Origin: a virus
Lineage: Duplodnaviria > Caudoviricetes
DNA length: 64,000 bases
Virus record (IMG/VR): IMGVR_UViG_3300034102_001739
Coordinates: 741-64,740 of that record
Direction: 5' to 3' (one strand)
This document shows, piece by piece, positions 28,961-38,444 of this stretch (position 1 is the first letter of the stretch; each line of letters begins with the position of its first letter). The notes under the pieces are model-generated. The model was not told the DNA's origin and searched no databases. It saw only the letters and a program-made list of their open reading frames with translations. Made by a program: the position numbers and the translations under genes.

Positions 28961-30466
28961 TTATGGTGCCGGATTCTCCCCTGCCATACTATTAGCTATG
29001 TCGTTTACTTGTACCTGTAATATTGCCTGATTGATAGTCTCTGCGTCAATTTCTTTCAGTAAATCTGGGATATTTTCTTTCCCTAACCTAGCCATAATTT
29101 CTCTCCTAGAGACAATTTTCAGATTATTCTCCATAGTGGCTCTATTTAGTTCCTCCGTTTTATCTTTAGGGAATCCAAAACTAAATGTAGGTACGATTCT
29201 CATTTCCGAAATAAACTCTTCGTTCAATTTCTTTAGTTTTACTAATCTAGTGTTTTTAGAATCTACTTTTTCTAGTATTTTTAGAATCATGGTATTGATT
29301 TTGGCTATCCCCTCACCATAAGTTACCGCCTTTAAATTTGCCTGTTGGATAAGTGGTTGGTAAGTAATCTGTAACGCCGCCGCTGATGTATTACTAATAG
29401 CCTGAATTTTCCCCAATGCGTTTTCCGGAACATCTGAAAGTTCGTGCATACTAGTTTTCAAATCCTTTAGAAAATTTACGGTGGAGGATAAATCTGCATC
29501 CAACCCTAGATTAAATACGTTAGCCTCAGCAGGGAGACCTGACCATATTTGACCCAAACCTCTTTTTAGAGATTTTGCGGAAGCTCCAGTAATTACGGTT
29601 GTAGGTGTGGCGTGATAGTCTATGATTGCCTTAACCTGTTGGGTAATCTCGTTATAGACTTTGTTTATCTTCAGAATATCATTTGCATCAGATTTTCCGT
29701 AAAAACTAGCCGAATTAGGTTTGTTCTTTATGTGAACCACTGGAATAAATCCGTACTCGTTTTTGTTCTTTACTTGCACATACTTTGAAGTTGAACCCTC
29801 GTCCAAATTTGCATCCTTTTGATACCATGTTTCTATGGATTCGTTTGTAAATTTGGTTACAAATAATTTGTACGGCTGTTTAGTAGTAGGGGTTATTGCC
29901 TGTCTAACTAAGAAAGATTCCATATCATTGTAGTCCCCATTTTTAAACTGTGGAAAACATTGCCTACTATCGTAAACATTTATCTTACAGAATTTCTCCT
30001 CTGCCCTATCTTTCCAGTCTATCCCTACCCATGCGTCTCCTGTAACACCTCCCATTTGTAATAACTCATAAGACACCTCCATCTTGTTAGATTTATTCCA
30101 ATGGTACATAATTAACTCCTCCGCCAATTTTTCCACTTCACTTTCCACTTGGGAACTGTAATAGCTGGTTACTTTAAACGTAAAAGCCTCGCTACCCAAT
30201 AAGAACATATTAACCTTATCTATAAAGGCTCTGATGTAATTAAAGGCTAACATGCCATCATTGAAATCCTTATAGTGGAGACCGTCATAGAATTTCCAAA
30301 ATAGATAGTACCTAGTTATCCTATCCAGTTCCCACTGGTTATCCTGTACTATATTTGTAAGAACAAATGACCTTAGTACATTTGTTGATTCTGAAAGTGG
30401 TCTGCTGTCTGGAGACCAATGTTCTGATCCGGGGTATCCCCCGTAACCTCCTAGTGTATTATCCAT
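28961..30466 (-). CDS. portal protein (SPP1 gp6-like)
   Basis: FYDG, GVTGDAW, GFIPVVHIKN, GKSD, SNTSAAAL; follows the terminase. Confidence 0.9.
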   Translation of the reverse strand: MDNTLGGYGGYPGSEHWSPDSRPLSESTNVLRSFVLTNIVQDNQWELDRITRYYLFWKFYDGLHYKDFNDGMLAFNYIRAFIDKVNMFLLGSEAFTFKVTSYYSSQVESEVEKLAEELIMYHWNKSNKMEVSYELLQMGGVTGDAWVGIDWKDRAEEKFCKINVYDSRQCFPQFKNGDYNDMESFLVRQAITPTTKQPYKLFVTKFTNESIETWYQKDANLDEGSTSKYVQVKNKNEYGFIPVVHIKNKPNSASFYGKSDANDILKINKVYNEITQQVKAIIDYHATPTTVITGASAKSLKRGLGQIWSGLPAEANVFNLGLDADLSSTVNFLKDLKTSMHELSDVPENALGKIQAISNTSAAALQITYQPLIQQANLKAVTYGEGIAKINTMILKILEKVDSKNTRLVKLKKLNEEFISEMRIVPTFSFGFPKDKTEELNRATMENNLKIVSRREIMARLGKENIPDLLKEIDAETINQAILQVQVNDIANSMAGENPAP

Positions 30467-30475
30467 GCTTTTTTA

Positions 30476-32125
30476 TTAATATGAGTTTCTTTTAGACATA
30501 CTTACCGCTGATTGTATTCCCTCGTATAACGGATTTTCCAATACTTCTATTTCGTACCCGGTTTCTTGTTCTTGATTAGCTGCTAAACAACAAAGGGCTA
30601 AACTATCCACGTAGTCATCAAAATGTCCCTCCATCTTATGACAAACTAAATAAGGTCCATTGAAATACTTTAAACAGTTTTTCATTTGTTCCTCGAACTT
30701 AGTAAATTCTGTTGTACCCCTAACTCTACTACTGGCCGGAATTTTTATCCGCTTACAAGTAATGTCTGATGTTAGATTATACCACATATCCGACTTACTT
30801 TGTGCTGTAAAAGTATAGGGTTCTATGTTTACGTATTCTCCACAAGCATAGATTAACCTATCTACAACCGCTTTTCCAACACCTGTATAATCCGCAAAAA
30901 TGGTGGAAACATTGTATTGGGCTATTGCGTCTAGTATCGCATGATGTTGAGTCTCGTAGTCCAACTCCCCCAAATCTATCCACGTTAGTATCTCCTTAAA
31001 AGGTTTATCGAATACGTCCTCTCCTTTGTAAACTCTCGCTATGGTTAAGATAGTACTCGCAGGACTTTTCGCAATATCCAATCCGGCAACGACATAATCC
31101 GAATCTTTCGCCATTTGAAATCCTTTTGAACGATTAAGCAGATTGTTGAACTCTGTATCTGTAATGAGCATACCACTCTCCAAGTCCCAAGTGAGGGCGT
31201 ACGCCAATTTAAACGCCTGTGAGTCTTCTCCCCATCTTTCTCTTTTCCTAAGGACATCCGATTCGTAGTTTAGGTGAAACCTATTGCCATCCCTGTTGTA
31301 GGCTTCCCTACGAGCTCTTATGATATGTTTGTACTCGTATTCAAAATGATTACGTATTCTTTCATCCGAATTTTTTCTATCTATTGACCTGTTACGTTGA
31401 ATTTCATCCCAAAAGTGATTTTTTACAGTACCCGTAGTACCTACTTTAAGCATAGTTCCAGCCGTAGCTGATAACATAGGTTCTATGGATTTGGTTACGA
31501 TAAAATCGTCCACATCCTGTGCCTCTTCCACTATTACTAAGTCGTATGTCTTAGATTCTATTTTAGACTGCTTACTCGCTACCTGTCCTGCCAAATATGA
31601 CCCATTGGTGAGCGATAATTTCGCTGAACTAGTTAGGTACGATTCTATGTCTGGGTCTGACATTATTATCTCCGCATTTGCCGAATTTAACCTAGTCATA
31701 GCCCTCGAATATGTGGTACTAACTTGGTCTGACTGGGGAGCGAATAACCCAATTCTGAAACCGCTCTCGAACTGTTTTAATTCCGGAATAACTTTTGATA
31801 ACGCCGGTAGTATTACAGTTAGAGTATCTATGATAAAAGCCATGGTCTCTGATTTACCTGACTGCCTAGATAATAGTACTGTTTTTATATCCCCTCTAAA
31901 AGTAATTACCGAATGAATAACCGCATAAGCTATATCCACTTGGTACTGATATAAAGATAATCCGGTTAACGCCTTACCGAACTCTACGATTTTTTCACAC
32001 ACAAAATGCTCGTCAAAAGTTACCGACTTACCTACTAGTTCATCGGTACTTATGTCTGACATACTTTCTCCAGTAGCCTTAAAGACTACCCCCTCTTCTA
32101 AGGGTTTACTTTTTTTCTTTGCCAT
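30476..32125 (-). CDS. terL: terminase large subunit
   Basis: YQYQ, SRQSGKS Walker A, IVEEAQ Walker B, AGLDIA, DYTGVG, DDYVDS nuclease motifs. Confidence 0.92.
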   Translation of the reverse strand: MAKKKSKPLEEGVVFKATGESMSDISTDELVGKSVTFDEHFVCEKIVEFGKALTGLSLYQYQVDIAYAVIHSVITFRGDIKTVLLSRQSGKSETMAFIIDTLTVILPALSKVIPELKQFESGFRIGLFAPQSDQVSTTYSRAMTRLNSANAEIIMSDPDIESYLTSSAKLSLTNGSYLAGQVASKQSKIESKTYDLVIVEEAQDVDDFIVTKSIEPMLSATAGTMLKVGTTGTVKNHFWDEIQRNRSIDRKNSDERIRNHFEYEYKHIIRARREAYNRDGNRFHLNYESDVLRKRERWGEDSQAFKLAYALTWDLESGMLITDTEFNNLLNRSKGFQMAKDSDYVVAGLDIAKSPASTILTIARVYKGEDVFDKPFKEILTWIDLGELDYETQHHAILDAIAQYNVSTIFADYTGVGKAVVDRLIYACGEYVNIEPYTFTAQSKSDMWYNLTSDITCKRIKIPASSRVRGTTEFTKFEEQMKNCLKYFNGPYLVCHKMEGHFDDYVDSLALCCLAANQEQETGYEIEVLENPLYEGIQSAVSMSKRNSY

Positions 32126-32651
32126 CTAGCCTACAATCGTAATTCATTTCACCTTTATACTTTCTCCATAGGTCAAGACTTCTAGCGAAATCTTCCGTAG
32201 CCTCATATCTGGCTTCCTTACAGTCTACCCAACAATTTGGGGTCTCGAATAACCTTATGTTTACTAATTTTATTCCGTCTAAGTCCTTACGGAAAAAACG
32301 GTTAAAGATATAGAATAACTCTGAAGCTATATTTTCAGCAGAGGGATTATAGTCTCCTTTATTGTCGAGACCCATAACCCAAAGTTTCCACTTATTTTCC
32401 TCTGTAAGATTAATTAAATCTTTGTCCAGAGGATTAAGCATTACTCCATGGTCTAGGAACTCGTCTATAAACTCAAAAGCTACCCTCTTTATTTCTTTAA
32501 AGTCTATAGCGTATCCGATTGCTGCTAATTCATCATACTCAAAAGTAGTTTCCACCTCGAATCTATGCCCGTGTAGATTGAAACACTTTACTTTCTCATT
32601 CATTACTCTGTGAGCTGTGTCGAAAGGATGTCTTCTTGTAATTGTACCCAT
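32106..32651 (-). CDS. queD: 6-carboxy-5,6,7,8-tetrahydropterin synthase
   Basis: FDTAHR, CFNLHGH, IDF, LDH, PSAENIA, LFETP. Confidence 0.92.
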   Translation of the reverse strand: MGTITRRHPFDTAHRVMNEKVKCFNLHGHRFEVETTFEYDELAAIGYAIDFKEIKRVAFEFIDEFLDHGVMLNPLDKDLINLTEENKWKLWVMGLDNKGDYNPSAENIASELFYIFNRFFRKDLDGIKLVNIRLFETPNCWVDCKEARYEATEDFARSLDLWRKYKGEMNYDCRLDGKEKK

Positions 32652-32656
32652 GTTCT

Positions 32657-32881
32657 TTAAGTTTTACGATTAATTGTTTTACGATATTGATACACATCTC
32701 TTATGAAATTGTAGAAAAACTCTCCCTTACTTTCCGCCTTTAATAATTTGGTCCAAGTTCTGTATTCTACATTGGAATATGAGTATAACCACGTTGGTCT
32801 ATTCACAAAGATTATCTGAAGAACTCTCGTTCTTTTGTTGTAATCAATTTTTAATAAATTGGATGAACCTACGTGTCTCAT
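32657..32881 (-). CDS. KTSC domain protein
   Basis: VGSSNLLKIDYN...LQIIF...YSYSNV...LLKAESKGEFF..FIR; start moved to MRHV because the upstream ORF extension lies in a hairpin. Confidence 0.85.
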   Translation of the reverse strand: MRHVGSSNLLKIDYNKRTRVLQIIFVNRPTWLYSYSNVEYRTWTKLLKAESKGEFFYNFIRDVYQYRKTINRKT

Positions 32882-32889
32882 ATAATCAC

Positions 32890-32921
32890 AAAAATAGGGG
32901 AACACCTATAAGATGTTCCCC
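32890..32921 (-). terminator. intrinsic terminator overlapping a promoter start
   Basis: GGGGAACA-TCTTATAGG-TGTTCCCC-TATTTTT on the minus strand. Confidence 0.75.
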
Positions 32922-32922
32922 G

Positions 32923-32954
32923 CAAATATAACGCTATTTACTTTAAAAACCAAA
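32923..32954 (-). promoter_or_regulatory. Bacteroidota sigma-A-type promoter for KTSC-queD-terL-portal
   Basis: TTTG-N20-TATATTTG. Confidence 0.75.
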
Positions 32955-32971
32955 AAGTATTATCTGTTTCT

Positions 32972-33715
32972 TTATAAGGCTAATAAGGCCGCAGCTATTG
33001 TAGCCCATTTAGAGTATTTCTTTAACAAATCTCTAGTCCGTAGTTTCCTCTTGTTAGCTAGGTCTGAAACTATCTTATTAGCCGACGCTCTTTGACTCTT
33101 AGTAACGAGAGATTTCTCTTTTGATGCCGGTTTCTTTTCCTCTGGAGTTACTACCGTCTGTTTTGGTTGTTCTGTACTCGCTGTCTTTCCAGTATTCCTT
33201 TTTTGCCATTGACCGTTTTTGAATAAGTATCTACCATCCTGTGAAACTGTGCCCTCTTGAAACGCCGATTTTTTATTTTCCGACTTAGGTTGACTTCCAG
33301 TAGTTCCTCCGGGCTTTGGATTTTTATTTACTTTTGGACCTGTACTACCTGTGGTACTTTTTGCGCTTTGAGAATGTTTGGCCAATAATCCCGATAAAGT
33401 TTTTGCGTCTTTAACTGGGGTAGCTTTTACTCCCGATTTTTTAAACGCTTCATGTTCCTTGCTTCCTTTTAAAAACGCTTTAGGTTTACCATTCTCCATT
33501 ACATAGATATGATACTTATCTAAGGCTTGCTGTAATTTAGGATCTACTGTCTGAGTTTTACTTTTAAATTCTGCTCCTGCTCCAGTTCTACTTTTAATCG
33601 CCTCCTTAGCCATGTCATTAGCCGACGTATAAGAAGCTGAATGCTCTTTTACATCGACTATTTTACCTGACTTTGTACGTCGTTTACTCGCCTTTATGTT
33701 TTTAATTTTCTGCAT
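32972..33715 (-). CDS. lysine-rich protein, RxTKSGK paralog family
   Basis: MQKIKNIKASKRRTKSGKIVDVKEHSASY...DMAKEAIKSRTGAGAEFKSK; ends in hydrophobic WATIAAALLAL. Confidence 0.75.
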   Translation of the reverse strand: MQKIKNIKASKRRTKSGKIVDVKEHSASYTSANDMAKEAIKSRTGAGAEFKSKTQTVDPKLQQALDKYHIYVMENGKPKAFLKGSKEHEAFKKSGVKATPVKDAKTLSGLLAKHSQSAKSTTGSTGPKVNKNPKPGGTTGSQPKSENKKSAFQEGTVSQDGRYLFKNGQWQKRNTGKTASTEQPKQTVVTPEEKKPASKEKSLVTKSQRASANKIVSDLANKRKLRTRDLLKKYSKWATIAAALLAL

Positions 33716-33891
33716 TATCTACCGTTTCTTAATAGCGCTGCTTCGTACTCGGAGATAGTTCCCTGCTCCGCTTCGTGGTCGTAATTACTAGTAGCCAATT
33801 TAGTTTTCGGACGATATTTTTTAACGCCCTTATTAACTAGTACTTTCTTACCCTTTACTGTACGATAATGTTCACATGCCTTTTTACGCAT
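33715..33891 (-). CDS. 58-aa basic protein (not in ORF track)
   Basis: MRKKACEHYRTVKGKKVLVNKGVKKYRPK...; TAATG coupling to the next gene. Confidence 0.7.
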   Translation of the reverse strand: MRKKACEHYRTVKGKKVLVNKGVKKYRPKTKLATSNYDHEAEQGTISEYEAALLRNGR

Positions 33892-33928
33892 AGTCTTTTA
33901 ATTATTTGTAAGTATTTTTTATAAGAGA

Positions 33929-34615
33929 TTACTCTAGGTATGACTTGTCTTTAGCTCCGTAGCTATTACCTTTAGGTGCTCTCTTAATTCTTCCTCTAGT
34001 ACCCGTTGGTTTTGTAGCCGTTTTGGGAGACTTCTCGAATCCGGGAACTTTTACTCCCTTTGAATGTTCCGCTGTTTTCTTTTTTGCTGATGCCTGTATA
34101 GGGTCTTCTGAAGAAGCTACCTGAGTTCTTGACTTAGTACTTGTTGGTTTTGTAGCCGTTTCTTTGGTCTTAGGAGAAGTCACTAGATCCTCACCTTTTG
34201 TGTACGGGTCTATATGAAGATGACCACTAGGGGTGCTGATATGTAGTAATCTCTTCCCCTTACCGCCTACTGTTCTCGTTGAAAAGCCTAATACCTTAGC
34301 CGACTCGACTTCCCCCTTAGAATTTTTATACCCTATATCTTGTCCTGCTTTTAACTTCCACACACCTGAGTCCTTTTGTTGAAAGCCACCCTCATGTTCT
34401 GATGGAAGTCTATCGTCCTCTAAGTCTTGATCAGGGTGGAACTTGTTTGGATGTCTGATTGAGGACAATTCGCTTCCTGCACCTTTACGTTTCTTGATAG
34501 CCTCTTTAGCCATATCTTCTGATGAATCGTACTTAGCCGAATATCCTTTTACAGCCACAGTTTTTCCTGTTTTTGTTTTTCTCTGTGTGGCTTTTACTGT
34601 CTTAGTTTTTTGCAT
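33929..34615 (-). CDS. lysine-rich protein, RxTKSGK paralog family
   Basis: MQKTKTVKATQRKTKTGKTVAVKGYSAKY...DMAKEAIKKRKGAGSEL; TATKPT repeated twice. Confidence 0.75.
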   Translation of the reverse strand: MQKTKTVKATQRKTKTGKTVAVKGYSAKYDSSEDMAKEAIKKRKGAGSELSSIRHPNKFHPDQDLEDDRLPSEHEGGFQQKDSGVWKLKAGQDIGYKNSKGEVESAKVLGFSTRTVGGKGKRLLHISTPSGHLHIDPYTKGEDLVTSPKTKETATKPTSTKSRTQVASSEDPIQASAKKKTAEHSKGVKVPGFEKSPKTATKPTGTRGRIKRAPKGNSYGAKDKSYLE

Positions 34616-34626
34616 GATAGTATTTT

Positions 34627-34953
34627 TTAATTATTCCCCTTGTCCGACAAAGATACATCCTTATCCGTATTATTCAAAATCTTTTTCGGACTTTTTCTAA
34701 CGGTTTTATCTGTTAGTGTGTAAGTTACTTCTCTTCTCACTACAACTGTCCTACCTAGATTACCTATCCCGAAATGTTTACACAGACTTTTCAGTATGGG
34801 TAAACTGATTGCTCCACTAGGATATAGATAATGTCTAACATTACTCCCCAATGATTTTCCAAAGGGAGTATTTAAGAAGTTATCCACTGTTTCGTGTTTC
34901 TTGATAATCTCCTCGCAAATTTTCTCCTTTACTTTTATTATGGTTACTTCCAT
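34627..34953 (-). CDS. putative HTH (XRE-like) regulator
   Basis: VRHYLYPSGAISLPILKSLCKHFGI resembles an XRE C-terminal half. Confidence 0.5.
   Translation of the reverse strand: MEVTIIKVKEKICEEIIKKHETVDNFLNTPFGKSLGSNVRHYLYPSGAISLPILKSLCKHFGIGNLGRTVVVRREVTYTLTDKTVRKSPKKILNNTDKDVSLSDKGNN
34648..34678 (-). promoter_or_regulatory. Bacteroidota sigma-A-type promoter for the basic-protein operon
   Basis: TTTG-N19-TATCTTTG inside the 3' end of the upstream gene. Confidence 0.65.
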
Positions 34954-34955
34954 TT

Positions 34956-35522
34956 TTATACTTTTCTAATTATTGTTTTATCCGTTAATTTTCCGTCAAA
35001 GGTAAGAATTTTAATTTTCTCTCCCAATAGAACAAGCATTCTAACCACCTGAAGATATGGTGTCCACTGTTCACCATCTAACCTAGTGTGTAACATATTC
35101 ATAGGTAAATCCGTTGGTAGTTGCCCTACCATATCCTTTATATGAGGTATCCATATCCTTAGGTAATTTTTGAACACGCCTATTTCTCCGGCTACCTCGC
35201 AAAGAACACACTCTCGGTAGGCTCTTCTAACCGTTGAACTTCTTAGCTCCGTAGTGGTTACTTTCAGCACTTCGTCCATTCTATAGCTTTCATCTACTAC
35301 CGCAAAATGCGCTAGAGTTTGCCCATAGTGTGAATTTTCCCTATTACTACAATGAGTAACCCCTATAAACTCTACCTTACTCTCCAAATCCCTTATCACC
35401 TTGTAGTGATTTGTTTTGGAGTCTCCTATCTTGTACACTACTATGTTCTCTTTGTCCGAATTTTGACTTACCGAGAGCTTTGTTGCCCCATTTGGGAGCC
35501 AAATTTTTATAAATTTCGTCAT
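34956..35522 (-). CDS. hypothetical protein
   Basis: 188 aa ORF; QLP...GEQWT...LVLLG segment. Confidence 0.7.
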   Translation of the reverse strand: MTKFIKIWLPNGATKLSVSQNSDKENIVVYKIGDSKTNHYKVIRDLESKVEFIGVTHCSNRENSHYGQTLAHFAVVDESYRMDEVLKVTTTELRSSTVRRAYRECVLCEVAGEIGVFKNYLRIWIPHIKDMVGQLPTDLPMNMLHTRLDGEQWTPYLQVVRMLVLLGEKIKILTFDGKLTDKTIIRKV

Positions 35523-35535
35523 ACGATTTTCTGTA

Positions 35536-35922
35536 TTATTTATTACTATTTTCTACTGGGTAGTCCGGATACACGTCTAGCGAACCGTCATAAGTATCCT
35601 TAACAATAATAGTTAGATTTCCCGTACATTTTTCACCTAGATGAAAAGTACTCTTAATCCTTACGGCGCAAATAAAGCATCCGTTGGGGGTGTTATTATC
35701 CGCGAAATAGTAGTCCCAATCCCCCTCCTTTACCTTATGAATCTTAGGAAACCTTTCGTTTCTTAGAAATTTAGATAGGGGTGGGAAACCTTTCCGGACT
35801 AATCTTTTATCTACTGCCTCATCTACTGAAGCTATTACCCTCCTTATATATTCCTCCTCGACAGTGTGGATTTCCATGCAGCTAGTTATTACTACTGGTA
35901 AGTCTGTGAATTTCTCTAACAT
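35536..35922 (-). CDS. hypothetical protein
   Basis: 128 aa ORF in operon. Confidence 0.7.
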   Translation of the reverse strand: MLEKFTDLPVVITSCMEIHTVEEEYIRRVIASVDEAVDKRLVRKGFPPLSKFLRNERFPKIHKVKEGDWDYYFADNNTPNGCFICAVRIKSTFHLGEKCTGNLTIIVKDTYDGSLDVYPDYPVENSNK

Positions 35923-36149
35923 AGTTTATTTAATTTTGCGTTTAAAAATGAGATTGCCTTATTATGGATATACGTCATGTGGAATAGTTGACCACACTCA
36001 CATTTAATCCTAGCGCAACCGTTTTGATTTCTGTTACACCTATCCAGATATTTTTCATCTGTATCTGAATATGTTTTTCCGCATTTAGGACAAAGGAATA
36101 CTATATTGCCCATACAAAGTATTCCTCCATTAATTTTAGTGCAAGTCAT
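35916..36149 (-). CDS. zinc-ribbon protein
   Basis: CPKCG...CECG. Confidence 0.65.
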   Translation of the reverse strand: MTCTKINGGILCMGNIVFLCPKCGKTYSDTDEKYLDRCNRNQNGCARIKCECGQLFHMTYIHNKAISFLNAKLNKLC

Positions 36150-36162
36150 ATTCCCGTTTTAT

Positions 36163-36435
36163 TTATATGTCCACTTCCCTTACAATGTTTCTTAGTACTT
36201 CCGAAATTTCGGGATACTTCTCTGCCAACCTTTCTAGCCTACTGATGTCCGATTTAGAGAGTACAAAGATTTGTAACTCCATTCTTGTAGAATGAGTATC
36301 CTCTTCTATCACTTCTGTAAATACATCGTGTTTGGCTATCTCTGCTGCCGTCGCATAAGTTAATTCCCTTTTTAATGCCTCTGGGTACTTATCGAACACC
36401 TCTCTAGCTACTCTTGCTCTTGTTATTACTTTCAT
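36163..36435 (-). CDS. hypothetical protein
   Basis: 90 aa ORF. Confidence 0.65.
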   Translation of the reverse strand: MKVITRARVAREVFDKYPEALKRELTYATAAEIAKHDVFTEVIEEDTHSTRMELQIFVLSKSDISRLERLAEKYPEISEVLRNIVREVDI

Positions 36436-36456
36436 TTTCGCCTATTTTTATTTGGT

Positions 36457-36621
36457 TTATACTATTTTCTCTACTTCTTCGGGATGCCGTTGAAAGTAAC
36501 TAACGACCTCACTCCAGTGTTTTCTATCTACGATTACATGCTCATTATCTAACCCTAGAGAATACTCTGTCTTAGGGTGTCTGTGTAGGTAGTTTATTCC
36601 TACGTTCTTTGGTTTTTCCAT
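36457..36621 (-). CDS. 54-aa hypothetical protein (not in ORF track)
   Basis: MEKPKNVGINYLHRHPKTEYSLG...; fills the gap. Confidence 0.55.
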   Translation of the reverse strand: MEKPKNVGINYLHRHPKTEYSLGLDNEHVIVDRKHWSEVVSYFQRHPEEVEKIV

Positions 36622-36663
36622 TATGTTTGACTCTTTAATTTTGTTAAGTTCTAATCTCCATCG

Positions 36664-36939
36664 TTAGGCACAATTATAAGTGCGTAACTCGTCAATTAAA
36701 CCTTTTTTATTAATATTGTCTTCGATATAGTGTAAATTTACACGATAACCTATATTTGAATAAGACATTGCTTTTCCCGTACACTTATCACTGTTCTTTT
36801 CGATAAATGTTAAAATCTCTGCTTTCAAATCCTCAGAGCAAACAATGTCTTTTAATCGTTGTTCTAAATTCCAAGATGAGTCTAATTGTGTCATAAATAT
36901 AAGTATTAAAGAATTAAAAATCCTTCCAAAAAAAATCAT
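36664..36939 (-). CDS. hypothetical protein
   Basis: ORF; true start probably MTQLDSS. Confidence 0.55.
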   Translation of the reverse strand: MIFFGRIFNSLILIFMTQLDSSWNLEQRLKDIVCSEDLKAEILTFIEKNSDKCTGKAMSYSNIGYRVNLHYIEDNINKKGLIDELRTYNCA

Positions 36940-36953
36940 TGATTGATGTTTTA

Positions 36954-37154
36954 TTAGTGAATTACTGGTTCATATAGCCAACTGCTCATATTTTCTCCTT
37001 TGGCTCTCCCTGTCCAGCTTCCACGTTCAAAATTTTTAGTTTTAGCGTCGTACCATTTATGTGACCAACATCCATTATCTCTCTGATAATCCTGTCCAAT
37101 CAATTTGCCGTTGTTATAGATATTTAATCTTTCAAGTTTTTGTTCTGTTGCCAT
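36954..37154 (-). CDS. hypothetical protein
   Basis: 66 aa, Trp-rich. Confidence 0.6.
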   Translation of the reverse strand: MATEQKLERLNIYNNGKLIGQDYQRDNGCWSHKWYDAKTKNFERGSWTGRAKGENMSSWLYEPVIH

Positions 37155-37180
37155 ATCAAATATTATTTTTGGTTGTTGGT

Positions 37181-37450
37181 TTATTGGTTGTTTTCTTCAA
37201 GAGCAATTAAAATAGCATCTGCCATGTCAACCGACCATTTTGCTATCATTTCGTATGGCATTTGATTTGTATATTCTCCTCCGCAAAACCCCTGCATAGC
37301 TTTTGCGACGAAATATTCTCGTTTTGTCAATCCGCCAAATTTTACCTCGTAGCCTGTTTTTTGACCATCATTTAGAGGTTTGAAATCGTCTTCACCATCT
37401 CCACATCTAGTGTACATTGTTGGTGTAATAGGTTGTTTCCCGTTATTCAT
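37181..37450 (-). CDS. small phage protein of the GLTKREYF-AMQG type
   Basis: GLTKREYFVAKAMQG...AKWSVDMADAILIAL, a widespread phage early-gene motif. Confidence 0.75.
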   Translation of the reverse strand: MNNGKQPITPTMYTRCGDGEDDFKPLNDGQKTGYEVKFGGLTKREYFVAKAMQGFCGGEYTNQMPYEMIAKWSVDMADAILIALEENNQ

Positions 37451-37460
37451 ATTTCTGTTT

Positions 37461-37796
37461 TTACTGTTTACTTAACTTATCTTTCTTTTGAGAATCCTGT
37501 AGCATCATTTGGTGTTCTATTGCCTTTGGTATTTCTTTCATCGGGATTTCGTACAATGCCAATTTTAGCATCAATATGTTTAACTGTGGATCATTTAATT
37601 CCGTGGCTCTTTGTGCCACCTCCGCTAAAATATTCTTAAATACGTTTAGGGGTATTTTTAATACTCCCATACTTCTTGGTAATCCACAATCCGCAATTTC
37701 CGTCAGTAACTCCATAGTATGTACCCTAAATCCTACGTTCAAAGAAGAGTATATCTTATCTCCTGTTTGTTCTGTGTTTGACTGTTTCTTTTTCAT
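37461..37796 (-). CDS. hypothetical protein
   Basis: 111 aa; LAEVAQRATELNDPQLN..M.KLALYE. Confidence 0.7.
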   Translation of the reverse strand: MKKKQSNTEQTGDKIYSSLNVGFRVHTMELLTEIADCGLPRSMGVLKIPLNVFKNILAEVAQRATELNDPQLNILMLKLALYEIPMKEIPKAIEHQMMLQDSQKKDKLSKQ

Positions 37797-37811
37797 ATTG
37801 TCAATTTTTAA

Positions 37812-37970
37812 TTACTTAACTAATTCCATTAAGCCACCAACAATGAGTAGCCCTATGACCATTATTATAAATGTAATCTTGATGTGTGCTACCTGCATAG
37901 GTTCGTCTGCGAACCATGTCCAAATTGTTTCTTTTACTAGCTGTTTAGCTTCTTTGAGTAGTCTTTTCAT
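37812..37970 (-). CDS. 52-aa membrane peptide (not in ORF track)
   Basis: MKRLLKEAKQLVKETIWTWF...ITFIIMVIGLLIVGGLMELVK. Confidence 0.55.
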   Translation of the reverse strand: MKRLLKEAKQLVKETIWTWFADEPMQVAHIKITFIIMVIGLLIVGGLMELVK

Positions 37971-37971
37971 A

Positions 37972-38298
37972 TTATTTTTGTATTAATGATAAATCTAAAG
38001 ATATTGTTTGCATTGCTTTCCCACTTCTATTCATTGAATAAGGATATTTCTTATCCTCTGGTAGTGATAATGGCATATTTTCATTTATGTGCTGACTCAG
38101 TGTTTGTATTGTTATTAGCATTATTGTTACACATAAATCATACTGAGATTTTGCGCTCATATTTATAAAAAATATGTGGGTATTGTTCAGATTTTCCCTT
38201 ATGTTTGTCATATTCAATATAATATCGTCGTAAGATTTATGTTGCCCATATTTTGAGAATATTAGGGCTTTAAACTTTTTAGTTTTTCTGTTTTCCAT
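37972..38298 (-). CDS. hypothetical protein
   Basis: 108 aa, AT-rich. Confidence 0.5.
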   Translation of the reverse strand: MENRKTKKFKALIFSKYGQHKSYDDIILNMTNIRENLNNTHIFFINMSAKSQYDLCVTIMLITIQTLSQHINENMPLSLPEDKKYPYSMNRSGKAMQTISLDLSLIQK

Positions 38299-38444
38299 GC
38301 CTTTAGTCTTGAAATTAAATTGCGCTTGTTTTGACTGTGTTTTATTAATAACTTATTTCCGAACTCGTCTTTAGCCTCTAAATATCTAAAGTGCCAGTGG
38401 ACTAGCTCGTAGTGCTTGCCGTTGTGTAGGATAGTTCGTTTCAT
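38262..38444 (-). CDS. hypothetical protein
   Basis: 60 aa ORF. Confidence 0.55.
   Translation of the reverse strand: MKRTILHNGKHYELVHWHFRYLEAKDEFGNKLLIKHSQNKRNLISRLKAWKTEKLKSLKP

Noticed and set aside
32890-32921. preQ1 riboswitch upstream of queD
   Set aside because: A GC stem plus U-tract fits a terminator; the preQ1-I loop and A-rich tail are absent
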